DNA of 63,990 bases, the filler included, from Catajapyx aquilonaris (Eukaryota): NCBI GenBank assembly GCA_000934665.2. It is 3 parts of 3 records of this genome, joined end to end, with 100 filler letters (N's around TTAATTAATTAA, not from the genome) between each part and the next. Parts side by side here need not be neighbours in the genome. Positions count along the whole stretch, not along the records: positions 21,760 to 43,304 come from JYFJ02006023.1; positions 43,405 to 63,990 come from JYFJ02006226.1; 1 more part is not named here. One strand, given 5' to 3'. Position 1 is the stretch's first letter. Each line of letters starts with the position of its first letter. Below are positions 35,869 through 49,059 of the stretch, in pieces. The notes beneath the pieces were generated by a model. That model had not been told where the DNA came from. It made no database searches and worked only from the letters and a program-made list of their open reading frames with translations. Both the position numbers and the translations under genes were made by a program.

Positions 35869-36740
35869 CTACCTCATGTAGCCCCTACCACACACCTTGC
35901 AGTCATATATGGTTTCTTGACTGAATGGGTGAATATATGAATATTGCGACGAATTAAATACTTTCCAGCAGATCTCACTCTCATGTGCTGGCTTCTCCCC
36001 TGTGTGTGTCATAAGATGCTCCTTGTATCGATTTGGGTAGACGAAGACAGTATTGCACTGCTGACACTTGTAGGGACGTTCGCCAGTGTGGACTTGGTTG
36101 TTATGATATAGACAAGAAGGAGCCGTCTGTTGAAACCAATGTTGCAAGTCTCACATCGACACGGCCGTTCATAATAGTGTGTGGCACCCACGTGTGATCG
36201 CAGGTTGGATTGACATGAGAATCTGATACCACACACTTCACATTGGAATGGACGCTCACCTGTGTGTGTTAGAAAATAAGCAATGCAGTTCGCCTTGCTG
36301 ATAAAAGTCTTACCGCAAGCACATCATCGGAATGGACGTTTGCCAAAATGTACAGACAGGCGGTGAACTTCCAACATATGAGGTGAAGTAAAGCCTCGCC
36401 CACACTGCTGGCACAATTCCGGTCAAATGCATATGTGTCCTGAGGTTTTGTCTCTAAGCAAGTTAACATTTTTTTTAAAAAAGGCCTTTCGTTCCACACA
36501 ACTGGCAATGGGATGGTTCAACATCAGTTTGGTGAGTTTTGAGGTGAGCCTTCCAGCAAGTACGCATCGAAATTTCCAGGGGGCAAAATGGCAAATGGGA
36601 CACTGGTAAGAGAGAATGCATTTACATGATCCTGAAGCATCCTGCGATTGTAGAACTTGCGTCCACAACGAGAACAGCCATATTTACAATACCAGTGCCT
36701 CTAACTTTGTGTTGGCTAGGTCCTTGTGCAGGTCCTGAAA
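35869..36740 (-). pseudogene. Multi-C2H2 zinc-finger pseudogene
   Basis: HTGERPFQCEVCGIRFSCQSNLRSH, HTGERPYKCQQCNTVF..HLMTHTGEKP and YDCKVCGRGY lie in different frames, with lost Cys/His and a short tandem duplication near 35856-35890. Confidence 0.8.
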
Positions 36741-37325
36741 ATAAACAAAGGTACGGTACATATATTGGTATACAATGATCAGTGTAATAATATTGTTCAG
36801 TGTTTTTCTCTGATGTGCCAAATCGTGCAGATTCTACTGCCCTCATTGCTGTTAAGTGAAACTGTTTAATACTTTAAAGCATTAGTGGCTGACGCAACAT
36901 TATGCGTAAGAGTTTAAAAGTATAGTAGCCTATCAATGTAGCTGACGCCTTGGTCAGCCCGACTCCGACTATCAGGCGTGTCTATAGTGTCCCGTGGTGA
37001 ATATTATATGTCACAAGGCATAAACTATAGGTAAAATGCATATGTGTACGTACAGGTAATACGAGACAATAACACAATACCGGGAGGAGTATTACAGTAG
37101 CATGTAGCCCCCTCCTCCACCCCAACTAACTCTTTCTGTACAAGCATTTTGTTACTTTAAAAGAAATTAGGTGTATTTAGGTCATTTAGCTAACGAGAGC
37201 AAAACAACCCTTGTGCATGAGCTAAAGTAATGCAGATAATGCTCTCTTAAGAATAAAATGGCTAAATGTAGCCCTATATTAATATTGAACTACATTGTCT
37301 TAGAGTTAGACTCTTAGAGTAATGT

Positions 37326-37384
37326 AAGTAAGTAAGTAAGTTTATTACCACACACCCCAGCGATGTTACTACATCAAATAAAGA
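37326..37384 (-). mobile_element. ~60-bp extreme 5'-truncated copy of the LINE at 20757
   Basis: (TAAG)n-tttattaccacacaccccagcgatgttactacatcaaa nearly identical to 20757-20860; 16-bp TSD actcttagagtaatgt at 37310-37325 and 37385-37400. Confidence 0.9.
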
Positions 37385-39845
37385 ACTCTTAGAGTAATGT
37401 GATGCACATATTTTGCTTAAAAACAAGCCGTACCTTTTGAAATATTTAAGGATTCATCTTTGTCATAATAGGCTATGCATCGCATAGCGCTTTAAACGGT
37501 ACAGTTCCTTGATAATCCTGAATCATAATAACATGGCACAAATTCGATGTAATTTTTGGACGATAACGGAAAAAAATAGCAGTCGTAGCCTACTGTCCCA
37601 CATGAGGTCCAAGAGGCAAATCAATTCTTCCATTATCACATTGAGCAGACACGAAGCCCCGAATGATAAATTCTAGCAAGCTACGCCTTTCCCAGCGGGT
37701 CATGAAATAAATCCTTGCGCCCTCGTTTTATGGAACCTGTTTGATGTCCCATTGTGAAAACGCGGTAAACTCGTGCTCCTGCTGATAACACTTGCTGCAT
37801 CGCTCGGTCAGTTTGCCAGCCGATGACAACGAAACAATGTACTTGGGGAACCACATTGGGACATATCCAAACCCAGAACGGACCAACTGCATCACATCCC
37901 ACTATTGGCTGTCATGTTTGCTTTTCAAACTTTCGCCAACCTCTCGAAAATGGGTTTGGGCACGGGTTGTTGCTTACTTGTAGTCAAATGATCGCTGTCA
38001 TCACAGAGTGAACATCAAGTTGTGTCAGAAAAGTGGAGTACTTGAAATATCAACTACAGCCAAGCGCGTCAAAAAAATGACCAAGTGAATACCTTCCAAT
38101 GAGGTCATCCATAAATGTCACAATTTTGATCCGACACACTATAGGCTATACGTACTGTATACTCGTGGATGAAGTACTGTACACTGTAAAATTAAATAAG
38201 CGCATTATGGCTAGACCACAATGGCAGCAGTCATGTAAGAAATGTTACAAATAGTAACATTACAAGCCTTTTTTGTTAAGAGCCGGGGATCAGTCAATAC
38301 CGGTACAGTTCTAACGGAAACGGTGCTTTTCAATAAAGTGGGTTTTCAAAAGTGGACGTAGTAATTACAACATAATCATTAACAACCGTGTTAGATTTAA
38401 TTCGATGAGTATCCCCATCGCCAGCTCCACTCCCTTCCATCTTAATGAAGTAGGTCAAGGGATTCCCAAACCTCCAAACGTACCAATACGAGTGGAAGCA
38501 AATTACACCTAACACACTCCATTATCTCACAACATATTCTTACACAAAAGAAGATAACTATCCGATACGCCCAATGGAATGAGAAATAATATATTACACT
38601 AACAGCTTCATTACAAATCTGTATGTCTACTATGCAGTATGTATCACGCAAGTTTGTAAAATGTCACTGCGTTAATCTTTTTGGATGTTTAACTATCACG
38701 AAATCCTGTAATAAATAAGCCTAGGAAAAGGTTTATATATAGTTCTATAGAGTATAACTATATAATTTTTGTAATTTTCTTCGTATGCCGGTATTATTTA
38801 TTGCTGTCCAGGTAAGAAACTAAACAAGAGTTGCTCCGGGCGCGTATATAGCAGTTCTTATGCCTCCCATGTGGTCTAGAAAAAAAAATCTCAAACTATT
38901 TTCACCTCATTTTGGCCACTTATCCCCATAAGAAAATTGACATTCACCAGTAAAATTCCAATAAGGACTGGAATATTTTATCAGTTCGTGGTCCACCTGG
39001 AGGGCCCTCGCGGGCTCTCTGGCCACTACAGTGAACTGGAATTGCACTTTTGAGAACAACCTATATATTGCAGGGTATTTTAATATTGACTGGAATATAC
39101 AAACAACAACTTGATTCTCTGTTAATGTTATTAAATAAGTGCATGAAACTATTGTAATCTGGCTTTCTATGAGCATGGGCAAATTGCCATTGGTTATAAA
39201 ACTATGGAATACGTAACCTAGGGCAGCAATCCAATCTGGTAGCGATCTGGGATATTGAGAGATGAAACCCCCGTTATTTGGCAATTTTGTTACATTGCAT
39301 TGCCTCAAAACAACAGTTTTTAAAACTTCTCTCTTTCATAACGACAGCTCATATTAATAACCTGTAATTCTTGCAGAGTGTTCCGTATTTGGCCTTGTTT
39401 TAAAATCCATTCGTTAAATATGACTAAATGTGCCACAAATTCAGCTCTATATACAAGGTAGACTTTCCGTTCCTGTATGACTTATAAAAACTCCGAGATC
39501 TTGACTCCGTGGGTTTTTGTAACGTGGAAACCCCCCATGCTGCATACCAGTATAATTACCATGCGTGTACAGGTGAACATTATTTGCTTTTATACGCATA
39601 ATTATGACTTACATGCGTAGCATTATTTATTCAGGTGTGTAAATCCGTATACTCCTTTAGAAAAAAAATCAGCTGAATATACAGTATATATATGCACTTT
39701 TATGCATAGATCATTCCCATTTACCTATTTTAATTTCATGGATATAACGTTTTAGTGCAACTGTATTATACTGTAATAATGTTATTAAACCAAGCTTAAG
39801 GAACATGTGAGCCGCAGCTAAGTTAAAAACATCATTGGGGACAAT

Positions 39846-40631
39846 GTGGTCCTAGCCTTCATTTTGGAAACTACATCAAAAATTCGGCCATATTTTTTGG
39901 ATTTTTTTGGCGTATTCCGTTTTATTAAATCAGTTTCAGTTCCGAAGATATTGGCGTTTTTTCGGTAGGACATGGTGACGTCACGCAAAGTGAAATGAAG
40001 GCAAGAATGATGTTAACGCGCCTTGGCATGGTCGTAAAATGCTTCGTTGTTGTTAGCAACCGTCCTATTCCTGGTACCTGCGGTGCCAGAGACCCTCGCA
40101 GTGCTCTATTCGGAGAGCGGGCAGGTCGCCCCGGGGCGAACCCACCCCGCTGTGTGCCGGAGGGAGTGAAGAAGCGTGAGCAAGATAGCGGCCGGAGAGC
40201 GTTTTTACTCTAACCCGTTCAAAGCGCTTCAGGTCTATTATTCTCAGGCAGTGGTGCCAACAGGTATGAATGTTCTGCATCCCGAATTCGGAACATAAAG
40301 ACCCCCTTTCTCCACCGCGATGACCTACAGCCTCCTTGCGAATATTATCCGTCGTGTCCGCGGTAAATTCAAGCTCAAATTCCTCATCTCTCGCAGTCAA
40401 CCAGGCAATTTAGCTTGATTTAGTGTACTTTTCGATTGGCACCACTCGGCTCAGAGGCCACGCCCCGTTTTTCCCGCCAATTTTGAAGGCATTTTTAAAT
40501 AAGCCGTAATTTATCCAGTAATGTCGTTTTGATGCAACAGAGTCGTGGTGGAATGTGTGTTTACAGGCATCCTGGGCTAGCTATTTATGAACAAAAATCC
40601 CAAATCCCAGACCAATACTAGGACCCCATTA
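39846..40631. mobile_element. Putative non-autonomous DNA element
   Basis: Short imperfect inverted ends aatgtggtcctag / ctaggaccccatt enclosing a CpG-rich interior. Family unclear. Confidence 0.35.
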
Positions 40632-41479
40632 CATTATTAGGTCTACTGTATAATACAGTTACACTTAAAACTTTACATATATGAAATTTAGAATAAGTAA
40701 ATGGAGCTGTTGATGATAATGGAGCCCTGCAGCGGAACTGTAACAATGGTATCCAGTAAAATCTGCGCTACATGGGACAAAATTTAAAAACATCCAATTA
40801 ATGCCGTCATTGTGCAGTATAATAAACATATGGAGAGTAATGCATGGGCTGCATTTCTTGAGGTTACGTAATTAAGATTTTCTTGATGAGACGGTTCGGA
40901 AATATTATCTTGCACCACCTGGTGTAAGATGTGGACATGGCTGTTGAACGCTAGGCAAGACGAAGTGACCGAAGAACAGGTCCAAGAGCGAGGAGGCGCC
41001 TGGGACTCATCCGCACGTCACATGAGCCCAAACAACAGCGAAACACTCTTAAGGGTAGTGAAAGGAGGCTCAGGCTTTCTCTTCTTACTGCCTCACTCAT
41101 ACTGTATAAGCAGCTTAGAAATTACTGCAGACGTTAGGCCATGACCACATCATATAGTTGCGCTTCTTTCTCTCTCAGCCTGCGGCAGGATAATTAGGAT
41201 GCACTGTACACCCTCCAGGAAACATTTTGTATCCTTTATTTAAAATTATCTGCTCCCTTTTACCCATATCAACAAAAAATTACTTCACAATCCGAGAAAT
41301 TGGAAATGGATATAATTATACACCGGATAGTATAGTCTACCGTTGCGCTAAACTTGTAGACTATTTATGTCCATTAATATTTTAAAATGCGAACTCACCC
41401 TGACAAGACTGGTTACCATGTACAATAAATTCCATTCATCCTATGAAACTTACCAATATTATAAAATAATTTTTATAAA

Positions 41480-42010
41480 ATATTTCAAATTGTAATGTAT
41501 GGTATACTGAATAAGTAGGTGGCTATGAAAGATAAGACGAGCGATATGCTTTGGGATGAAGGTGAGGTGAAAGGTCGTTGGGAAGAGTCCTGCAGGTTGT
41601 GAGTATAGATGATAAGGGTTGTAATCATGTTTCCGTAGATTTGACTGAGGATGATACAACTAGTGATGATGGACCTGGTAAGAGTTGTATACTGTAGATC
41701 GTATTCTTTGTCTGAAGCAAGTGATAGAGAAATACGTATTTAGCACTTTAGAGAAATCATAATAATACAATGAGTGGAGGTTTGTGGAAGTTCTGAACCT
41801 CTATGACATAATTATGTCTATGGAGTGAAGGGAAGTTTGCTGGAGGCTGCGAAGAGCCATTTATGCAGAGAATAGACCTTGTGATGTTTATGTGACTGGT
41901 TTAGCATTAGTGTTGGGGTTGAGCAAGGTCTCTCTGGTTTCATAACGTGTATTTAGATGTTTGTGTATGCTGTAAGGGAAGATATCATTAATAGTAAGTA
42001 TATGAGTGCT
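41480..42010 (-). mobile_element. Highly degenerate LINE (Jockey-like) 3' remnant
   Basis: Strand-biased composition and broken RT C-terminal-like peptides; many stops. Confidence 0.35.
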
Positions 42011-42184
42011 CTTGCGCCGGAATAAGTTACCAGATATCCCTTACCAAAATTCTCGCGACCTCGTGACGAGGTCGCAGGACCTCGCAAATTGCGACCTGGC
42101 AGGTAGGTTGTACATCGCAAAATGTGAGCTCGCAGCGAGCTCTCATTTGTTTCAAAAACGATGTCTCTGCGAGGTGGGCTAGTC

Positions 42185-42269
42185 AGGTCGCCACGACGTC
42201 GTGGTTTGCAAGGTCGTCACGACGACGTGGTTTGCAAGGTCGCCACGACCGCGTGGTTTGCAAGGTCGC
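42185..42269 (+). repeat. 26-bp tandem repeat (3+ units) with internal palindrome, probably TE subterminal repeat
   Basis: aggtcgccacgacgtcgtggtttgca x3, then aggtcgc. Confidence 0.85.
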
Positions 42270-43030
42270 GGCAAGGTAGTAACCTACAAATTTTAAGGGC
42301 GATAGCCCTTAAGTAAGACCGTAGCATAGATTTCAACAATGTTTCAACAATGAATTTTTCCTACTTCTTGTTGTTGTTGTTATTACGTTTTTTTTATTCG
42401 TCCTAACTCAAGTTCTGCTGTAGGTAGAGCTTCCAAATTTTGAACACAGATCCCCACCGTCGTGGCTTGATTTCCTACCATTTACACTTTTACTTAATTC
42501 CTCTTCAAAACGTCGCAAAAAATTTACAACCACCAAAAAATACGTCTCAATTTTTTTGCTCAATAACTATTCTGAATTCGGTTCCTTCTTCAAAATATCA
42601 CAGTTCCACCTCCTGCAGGATTGGAGCTGCGATTTTTTTACCTCGTATTTTTTCTGTCATTACTTCATTTGTTCGTTACGCCATCACCTAGAAACGTCAG
42701 TTGTTGTTTACCACCTCATATATTGTTGTGGGTCAAAGGAGGACAAGATGAGCGACGCCGAGTCGTACTGTCGCCGTTGGGTTTTCACCCAACTTTAATG
42801 TACCTTTGCGTTTTTTGTATCGTCTGGTACAGTTCTCAATGTATATATTCCGTATATTTTAGCGTACAGGCTATTTCATAACAATTAAATCAGACTAACC
42901 GTTGGCTGGTAGCACTCAACTTTCGTTTTTTTACGACTGTCTCTGTGAAAATAATTTTAGGGACTTCTAAGCGACGAAAATCGTCTCCAATGCATTCATA
43001 GTGCAGACAGTATAGTGTAGACACTGTAGA

Positions 43031-43304
43031 GCAGCGGTTTTCAAACTGGGGTACGCGTACCCCTGGGGGTACGCGAACACAATTTTGGGGGTACGCGAAA
43101 GATTTCGTGCAATGGCGTCCGTTGTCTACATTTGTGGGGAAAAAATGGAAAAAAAAAATTATGGAAAAAAACAAACTGACTGACAAAACGACTGACTGTG
43201 GAAAACAACTTGAGACTCAAATTGACTTCACTTGTAGAGTACCAAACATTGACCACTTGTGCGCAAGCAAGGAACCAGACCCATCACACTAACTGGTTAT
43301 TAGT
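43031..43304 (+). mobile_element. hAT Charlie/Buster-like element left end, cut by contig end
   Basis: ctgtagag|cagcggttttcaaactggggtacgcgtacccctgggggtacgcg, typical Charlie-type terminus and target. Confidence 0.7.
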
Positions 43305-43404
43305 NNNNNNNNNNNNNNNNNNNNNNNNNNNNNNNNNNNNNNNNNNNNTTAATTAATTAANNNNNNNNNNNNNNNNNNNNNNNNNNNNNNNNNNNNNNNN
43401 NNNN
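43305..43404. other. Artificial contig-joining spacer
   Basis: 44 N + TTAATTAATTAA + 44 N. Confidence 0.97.
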
Positions 43405-43719
43405 GTAATGGGTTAAAATAAGGGTTAAATAAACACCATGATTGTGTATGGGAGAAAGGTCTATGGTCTCAATTCATTGGTCGACTAGACAGTTACCTAA
43501 CCCGCCGCTTTCAAGTGGAGACACGGCAGGTAACCTTGCCTACGTTACAACTCGATAACGACTTGCAGAGGTTTGGATGCTACATTTCGTGGCTTGGGAG
43601 TCCATTTCGGATCCAAACTTCACAACTCAACTATTATTTAAAAGTGTCAACAGTCGGATTCGAAATCATCCAACCAAGCCATTGTGTGGAGCAGTCACAG
43701 AAGTGTCGAACCATGTTCA

Positions 43720-44657
43720 GATCTGGAAAAAAAGGTGCGGCTTCTCTTCAAAAATGGACTTTCATGAAGAGCAATGGGAAAGCAGTGTACTGTAAGGATG
43801 GATGGATTCAGACACTTAATGCATCCCAAAGAATGCGGCAGGTCCTTCACCAGGATGGCATCAAGTTTCTCCTGATGAACCGGTTTAATCAAGACTGCCT
43901 TGAGAATATGTTTGGAGCCTGCGAGACCTTGGAGGAAGCAGTGATAACCCCCAGTGTCCTGAACATTTGGTATCTAGTGAAAAAAGTCATGGCACGAAAC
44001 CTTATCAGCCCTAGCAGGCGTGGAAACTGTCAGGTAGACTTTGATGATGTCCTTAGCTCCTTGCAAGGAAGCATGCAGCTGACCAGCACGCTGTGCAGCA
44101 GCACATCAGATGCAAAGAACACAGGAGAAATGGACACTGCCTCACCACCACCAAGAATCCAAGATTTTAACAGCATCACATACGCTGAAAATGGGATGGC
44201 TTAAGTTGCTGGCTACATTGCAAAGGTCATGGCAGCCACTGGCAGGAAGAAGGATGATGTGTGTGACAAGTGCCAGCATAGCCTAACAACCTGCAGTCTG
44301 GCTGGAACCACGTTCTTCTTTTTTAAGCAGTATGACGAAGCAAGAGGAGGCCTGACGAACTCGTCACAAAATCTCTACAACTGCATTAGTGACATGCATG
44401 AAGTATTTTCCCAGGACGTGTCTGTAGGAATCCTCACTGAAGACGACATCCTACACAAGATGGGAGAGTCACATCAGGCAACAAGTGAGCTTCTCGTGGG
44501 TTCATGATGAACACGTGCAGGAGGTGTCATCAAAAATAATAAAATTGTTCCTGATGGTGACTCTAAATACATGTTTGAGGGACCGAAATGAAGACATGAG
44601 GGAGAAACGATTGTCAAGAATACGTGCAAAGAAGCTCCACAAGGTCACTCATGTATA
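43720..44657 (+). mobile_element. P-element/THAP9-like transposase C-terminal remnant
   Basis: GWIQTLNA..KFLLMNRFNQDCLENMFG..LISPSRRGNCQVD, then AGYIAK..CDKC..FFKQYD..GGLT, with stops and frameshifts. Confidence 0.85.
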
Positions 44658-45059
44658 AATCGTGGCAGGTACGTTCATCTCTTATTAGTTACCAAGTGTC
44701 TCCACAACTTGCTTCATGAGATTAACAATGACTAAAGAACAGATTATTAGGTTCTAAAAAACCATCAAATAGGTAGGCATTTTATTATAAGTTATCATAT
44801 TTTATTTTATATATGCAAGAGGGGCATGAGTCAGGTTTCTGCGTTTTTCTTCAGCGTCAGACATTTAAACCTACTTAGCTTAATGACAGTCACACATAAC
44901 AAAGTGAAATCAAGCACACAGTGTCCTCTTCGGATGTGTAATAGATATGCAAACTATCAACCTAGTCACAATAGCAGGTTATAGTGGTTCGGTTTTTTGG
45001 GTCCCCTGAAAAGTTGGATTTTTTGACTCGTGCCCCTCTTGCGCTGCACCCTTCGTATA

Positions 45060-45528
45060 CATGGTGTTCATGAAAAACACCGACAAACCTATACCACCCC
45101 CTACCTAGGCACCAGAGGATCGCATTACGTAGAGGAGTGATTATGCCTGGACCGCCTCATTACCGTGCAAATTGCCTTTAAGCAGGTAGTATAAAATATC
45201 CTGGAAGTTAGGCCACCCAACGAACCCTCCCCCAGTCAGAAGGAGTGATTAGGCAAAAATCGCATCGCCGTTCTGGAGTAGCTAGAATAATCGCTATTGG
45301 CGAATTTTTCTGCAGCACATTTTTGGTTTTCACGTGGATACCCCCTAACGCTTTTGACAAAGGGGGGTCACCATGCCACACGCTTAAGCTAAATCGCTAA
45401 ATCGCAGGTGGGTCAATTATCTCAGTAATGAGGCGGTCCAGGCATAATCACTCATCTACATAATGTGATCCTCTGGTGCCTAGGTAGGGGGTGGTATAGG
45501 TTTGTCGGTGTTTTTCATGAATACCCTG
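45060..45528. mobile_element. Tc1/mariner-type MITE
   Basis: ~105-bp TIRs catggtgttcatgaaaaacaccgacaaacc / ggtttgtcggtgtttttcatgaataccctg, TA on both sides. Confidence 0.88.
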
Positions 45529-45743
45529 TATAGTTGTGCTCCCAGTTGCTAGACAACTGTCAGAATACGTGCCTGTCTGTGATGATTAACATGTGCGTAT
45601 AACCACAAATTCGTTTCTTGGTATTTTCTTCTTGTACTCCCCAGTACAATACTCGCAGCACCAGATCATCAGACAGTGGCCCTCACCGGGCCTCACCCTC
45701 TGATCATCAGCAGGGGATAGCCTAGTGCTTGTAATGTGTTAGA

Positions 45744-46772
45744 CAAAGGTGGGCATTAGCGCCTCTAATCAGCTAACAGCTGATAGCGGAACTAACTTCT
45801 CGTTAGCTGATTAGCTGTTTTCTCTAACTTTTCAGGGCGCCAGCCGACTAATTATCTCCCACTAAATTAGTGCCGCACTGCAGCTAAATAAATTCAGCTA
45901 ACAAAATTCATTCGTGCTCCTGTCTTGCTGTCTGTTACTTTTTAAAGTTCCACTGTTTCCACTCCAGGCAGGGATTAAAATAGACTAGTTTATGAGTGGC
46001 CAGGGTGGGGGACTTCAAGGCCCTATGGTGAAATCTGGGAAGGCCGAAAGGGTAAGGTGAAGGTCAGAGGATCCGGGTCATAGGGTGGTACTGTATGCAG
46101 GCCACCTTCCCGCCCACTGGTCGTCTTCCGTTCAATGTCAAAAAATGTGGTGAACCAGCCAAGTGAGTCAACCAATAGCAATAGTCGATCCAGTCAGGGA
46201 AGATATGAAGAAGTGTAGCATGGTGAGGGGGAGACGGGAGTTGCCAGAAATATCTGCATTTCCTCCGGTTTAAACACAGGGGGCAAAGGGGTATAGGCTG
46301 GGGGGAGAGCCATTAACCCCCGAAGTCTTTTGGTGTGGTGGACTGGTGCCTGGTGGATCATGGAAGGTCAATGTGACGATGTTTTCCATCCACCTCTGGT
46401 TGTGGGTGAGGCGGAGGCGGAGGCGGAGGCTGAGGGCCAGGATGAATCCGAGAACGAGAAGAACAGTGTTGGCGATGGGGATGGGAACCCTTGGCCCCAC
46501 CTAGCAGAGTACTTCGTGTTCGTCTCCAGGGACACAAAGAACAACAATGTTCTCAATTTTCGGTGCGCCTTATGCAAGCCAAAGGAAGTTATCATAAAAG
46601 GTCAGGCAGGGAGCCTTTACAACTTAAAATCACATGTCCTAAGGAAGTTAGCTGTTAGCTCGAACTAATTTTCTAGCCATTTAGCATTAGCTATTTAGCG
46701 AATCCAATTTTTTGTAGTTAGCTGATCAGCTGTTAGAGAAGCTGATTTTTCGGTTAGCTGTGCCCACCTTAG
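45744..46772 (+). mobile_element. Internally deleted hAT element retaining the BED zinc-finger exon
   Basis: TIR caaaggtgggca / tgcccaccttag; TSD gtgttaga / gtattaga; agcta subterminal repeats; ORF 46330-46668 NPWPHLAEYF..FRCALCKP..YNLKSHV. A matching end fragment lies at ~16817-16900. Confidence 0.85.
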
Positions 46773-47749
46773 GTATTAGAGGACTTTTAAAACAGTCACT
46801 GGCTTCACATGTAACAGATTTCTCACATTTAAGAAAGACACTGATTTATTACTTAGACAGTGTCTGTGGGAGATATTGCAGATGTATTACTGACGGCGAC
46901 TTGACCTTCTTTGCAGCATATCTTAAAATAGTTACACTACAAGTTCAGACTGTCAAACAAAACAAGCTGCTTTTGGGCCTCATGACCCAGAGGAAAAGAC
47001 AGATGCATCATCTGCTCGCCTACCTGTGAATCTTAAGAGTCAAATTGCCGATTTTCAAGCAAGGTTAACCGGAGGTTAACGAAGAGGACCTCAAGGCAGA
47101 CGTTATATTTTCGCTGAACTTGGGTAAAAGGGAAGAGTCGATCAAAATTAAGAATCTCATACGAGTAATACTCGGTCCGGTCGTCCGGTAGGGTCGCCAC
47201 ATGTGTGTACATCAGTGAAAGGAGCTCGCAAGTGAGCACCACCCTCAAAACGCCCCGTCAGGGGATAAGAACTGATTGCAGGGGGAGTGTCCGGGGGCTG
47301 GTCCATTGGCATCCTCACCCCCAACCTCTTCATCAACTACATCCCCAGTTTCAGACCCAGATCCTATCACTATCTCACTTCCATCCTTAGACCCGCCACC
47401 TACTTTGTTGTTAACCCTAGCTGCAGCAACATTCCCACCTCCATCATCTTCAACCCCGTCAGCAACAATGGGCCAACCACCTTCATCGATCCGTCAAACA
47501 CCACCACAGCTGCCATTCCCAACAGCTTCTTCAAATGGACCAGGAAGGGGTCCCACTGAAGCCATCCGCTCATCTATTGAATCTATTTCATCTGCACTAC
47601 ATGAGAATGCAGGACAAATAGTGTGCTGCCAAAGGGGAGATTACGTATGGGGCTCATGTGGCAAGTGTGTTGCGGGGCTTGCCACAGAACCAATATTTTG
47701 ACACTAATATCAGGCTTGATGAGATGTTGGTGGAGTGCCAAAGGGAAGC

Positions 47750-47990
47750 CGAAGGATCATAATTGATATCAATTTACCCAAGTCAAAAAGCAGCGACCAG
47801 GCAAGACGCCAGAAGTATTGCAGCATAATTTGACAGTCTTGAAATTGCGTTAATGGCTGTAATCTGGAATAAAATACTTGAGCGGTTCGACAAGACGAAC
47901 ATTACGCTGCAAAAATCAGACATGGATATCGGAACTGCTGTGAACTGTGCGACTCTTTGGGAAATTATGTTGATACACTTCAGGTGATGG
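47750..47990 (+). mobile_element. hAT (ZMYM1/Tip100-like) transposase fragment
   Basis: Plus frame: TRQDARSIAA*FDSLEIALMAVIWNKILERFDKTNITLQKSDMDIGTAV. Confidence 0.7.
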
Positions 47991-48469
47991 TCCATTGAAA
48001 ATCAAGGGAATCAAAAAGAAAAATCTCCTGAAACTCAAGAGTTCTTGCAAAATCCGCAAAATGCAAGATTTTACAACACCTTACCTGGTGACGACGACAT
48101 GGCTGATAAGCCTGAGGTAGATAGTAGTGGTGAAGCTGAATCTGACATGGATGCTGAGTAGTATCCTACAGAGTCACAATGGCATGGTGATAAAAGACAT
48201 TGTTGGGCAATCCCTATATCCACAATGTATTTTGTAGGGGAAGCGGAACTGGATGTGTAACATATTATACAAATGTACTGTGTTTCAGGCGATAAAGGGC
48301 CATCATTTCATTATTTGCAATGAGTCTGCATCGTTTCAATGATTATATATCTGGCCAGATTTGTCCGAAATCCTGAGAAGAAAGGCCTCGTTATTGTTCC
48401 GAAGCAATGGGAGAGCAGCCGGAAGAAGTGGTGTTTGGGATTTGTTCCCGCCGTGAACACAGCCATCCA

Positions 48470-48750
48470 CATCCACGGGCACGTGGCCCGGTTCATCTCG
48501 GGTCACGGGCCCTTTCTGGCTTACTTGGCCAGATTTGGTAGGCTGGGGGAGCGCTGGGCCTGTGGGGAGCCTGTCCTTGTGGAGCTGAATGCAGGATTCA
48601 CATCATCTTTTATGGACATGTACTCTTCTGTTGGTGGCTGAGGCACGGGGACGGCTGAGGCACGGGGACACCTGAGGACGGCTGTGACCAGCCTGAAGCG
48701 GGGCTGGCCGTTGTCTTACCTGGACAGGAAGGAGCCGTGGAACAAGTCAT
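48470..48750 (+). mobile_element. R1-like LINE C-terminal fragment
   Basis: HVARFISGHGPFLAYLARFG...ACGEP resembles the FL(T/S)GHG.F..YL.RFG..C.CG motif of R1-clade ORF2. Confidence 0.6.
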
Positions 48751-49059
48751 TCAAGGCCAAAAATAAAGTATATAGGAAGCTGTATGGAAAGAAATGAGAC
48801 AATGCAAGGAAGCATTACGCAATAGTAGAGGGATGCCTTTTGAGAGTAGCAGTCTCTCTCAAAGAAATGCGTAAGAAATAAATACATTTTGATTCCGCGA
48901 ATATTACTGGTTTTTTTCTGGCAAGTTTCTCTCCTTGTCATCCAGGGACATCAATTTGTCTAAAGAGTTGCATTCCCCCTTCAATTTTGTGGTTCCGCGA
49001 TGATCCAAGGGTACCACTTGGGTGTGATATCACTGATATGTGAGAGGTATGTTATTATG

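Noticed and set aside
40690..41200. Possible R4/RTE-like RT remnant
   Set aside because: Only faint motif similarity with many stops.
42185..42269. Palindromic 26-bp repeats as CRISPR
   Set aside because: Directly tandem with no spacers.
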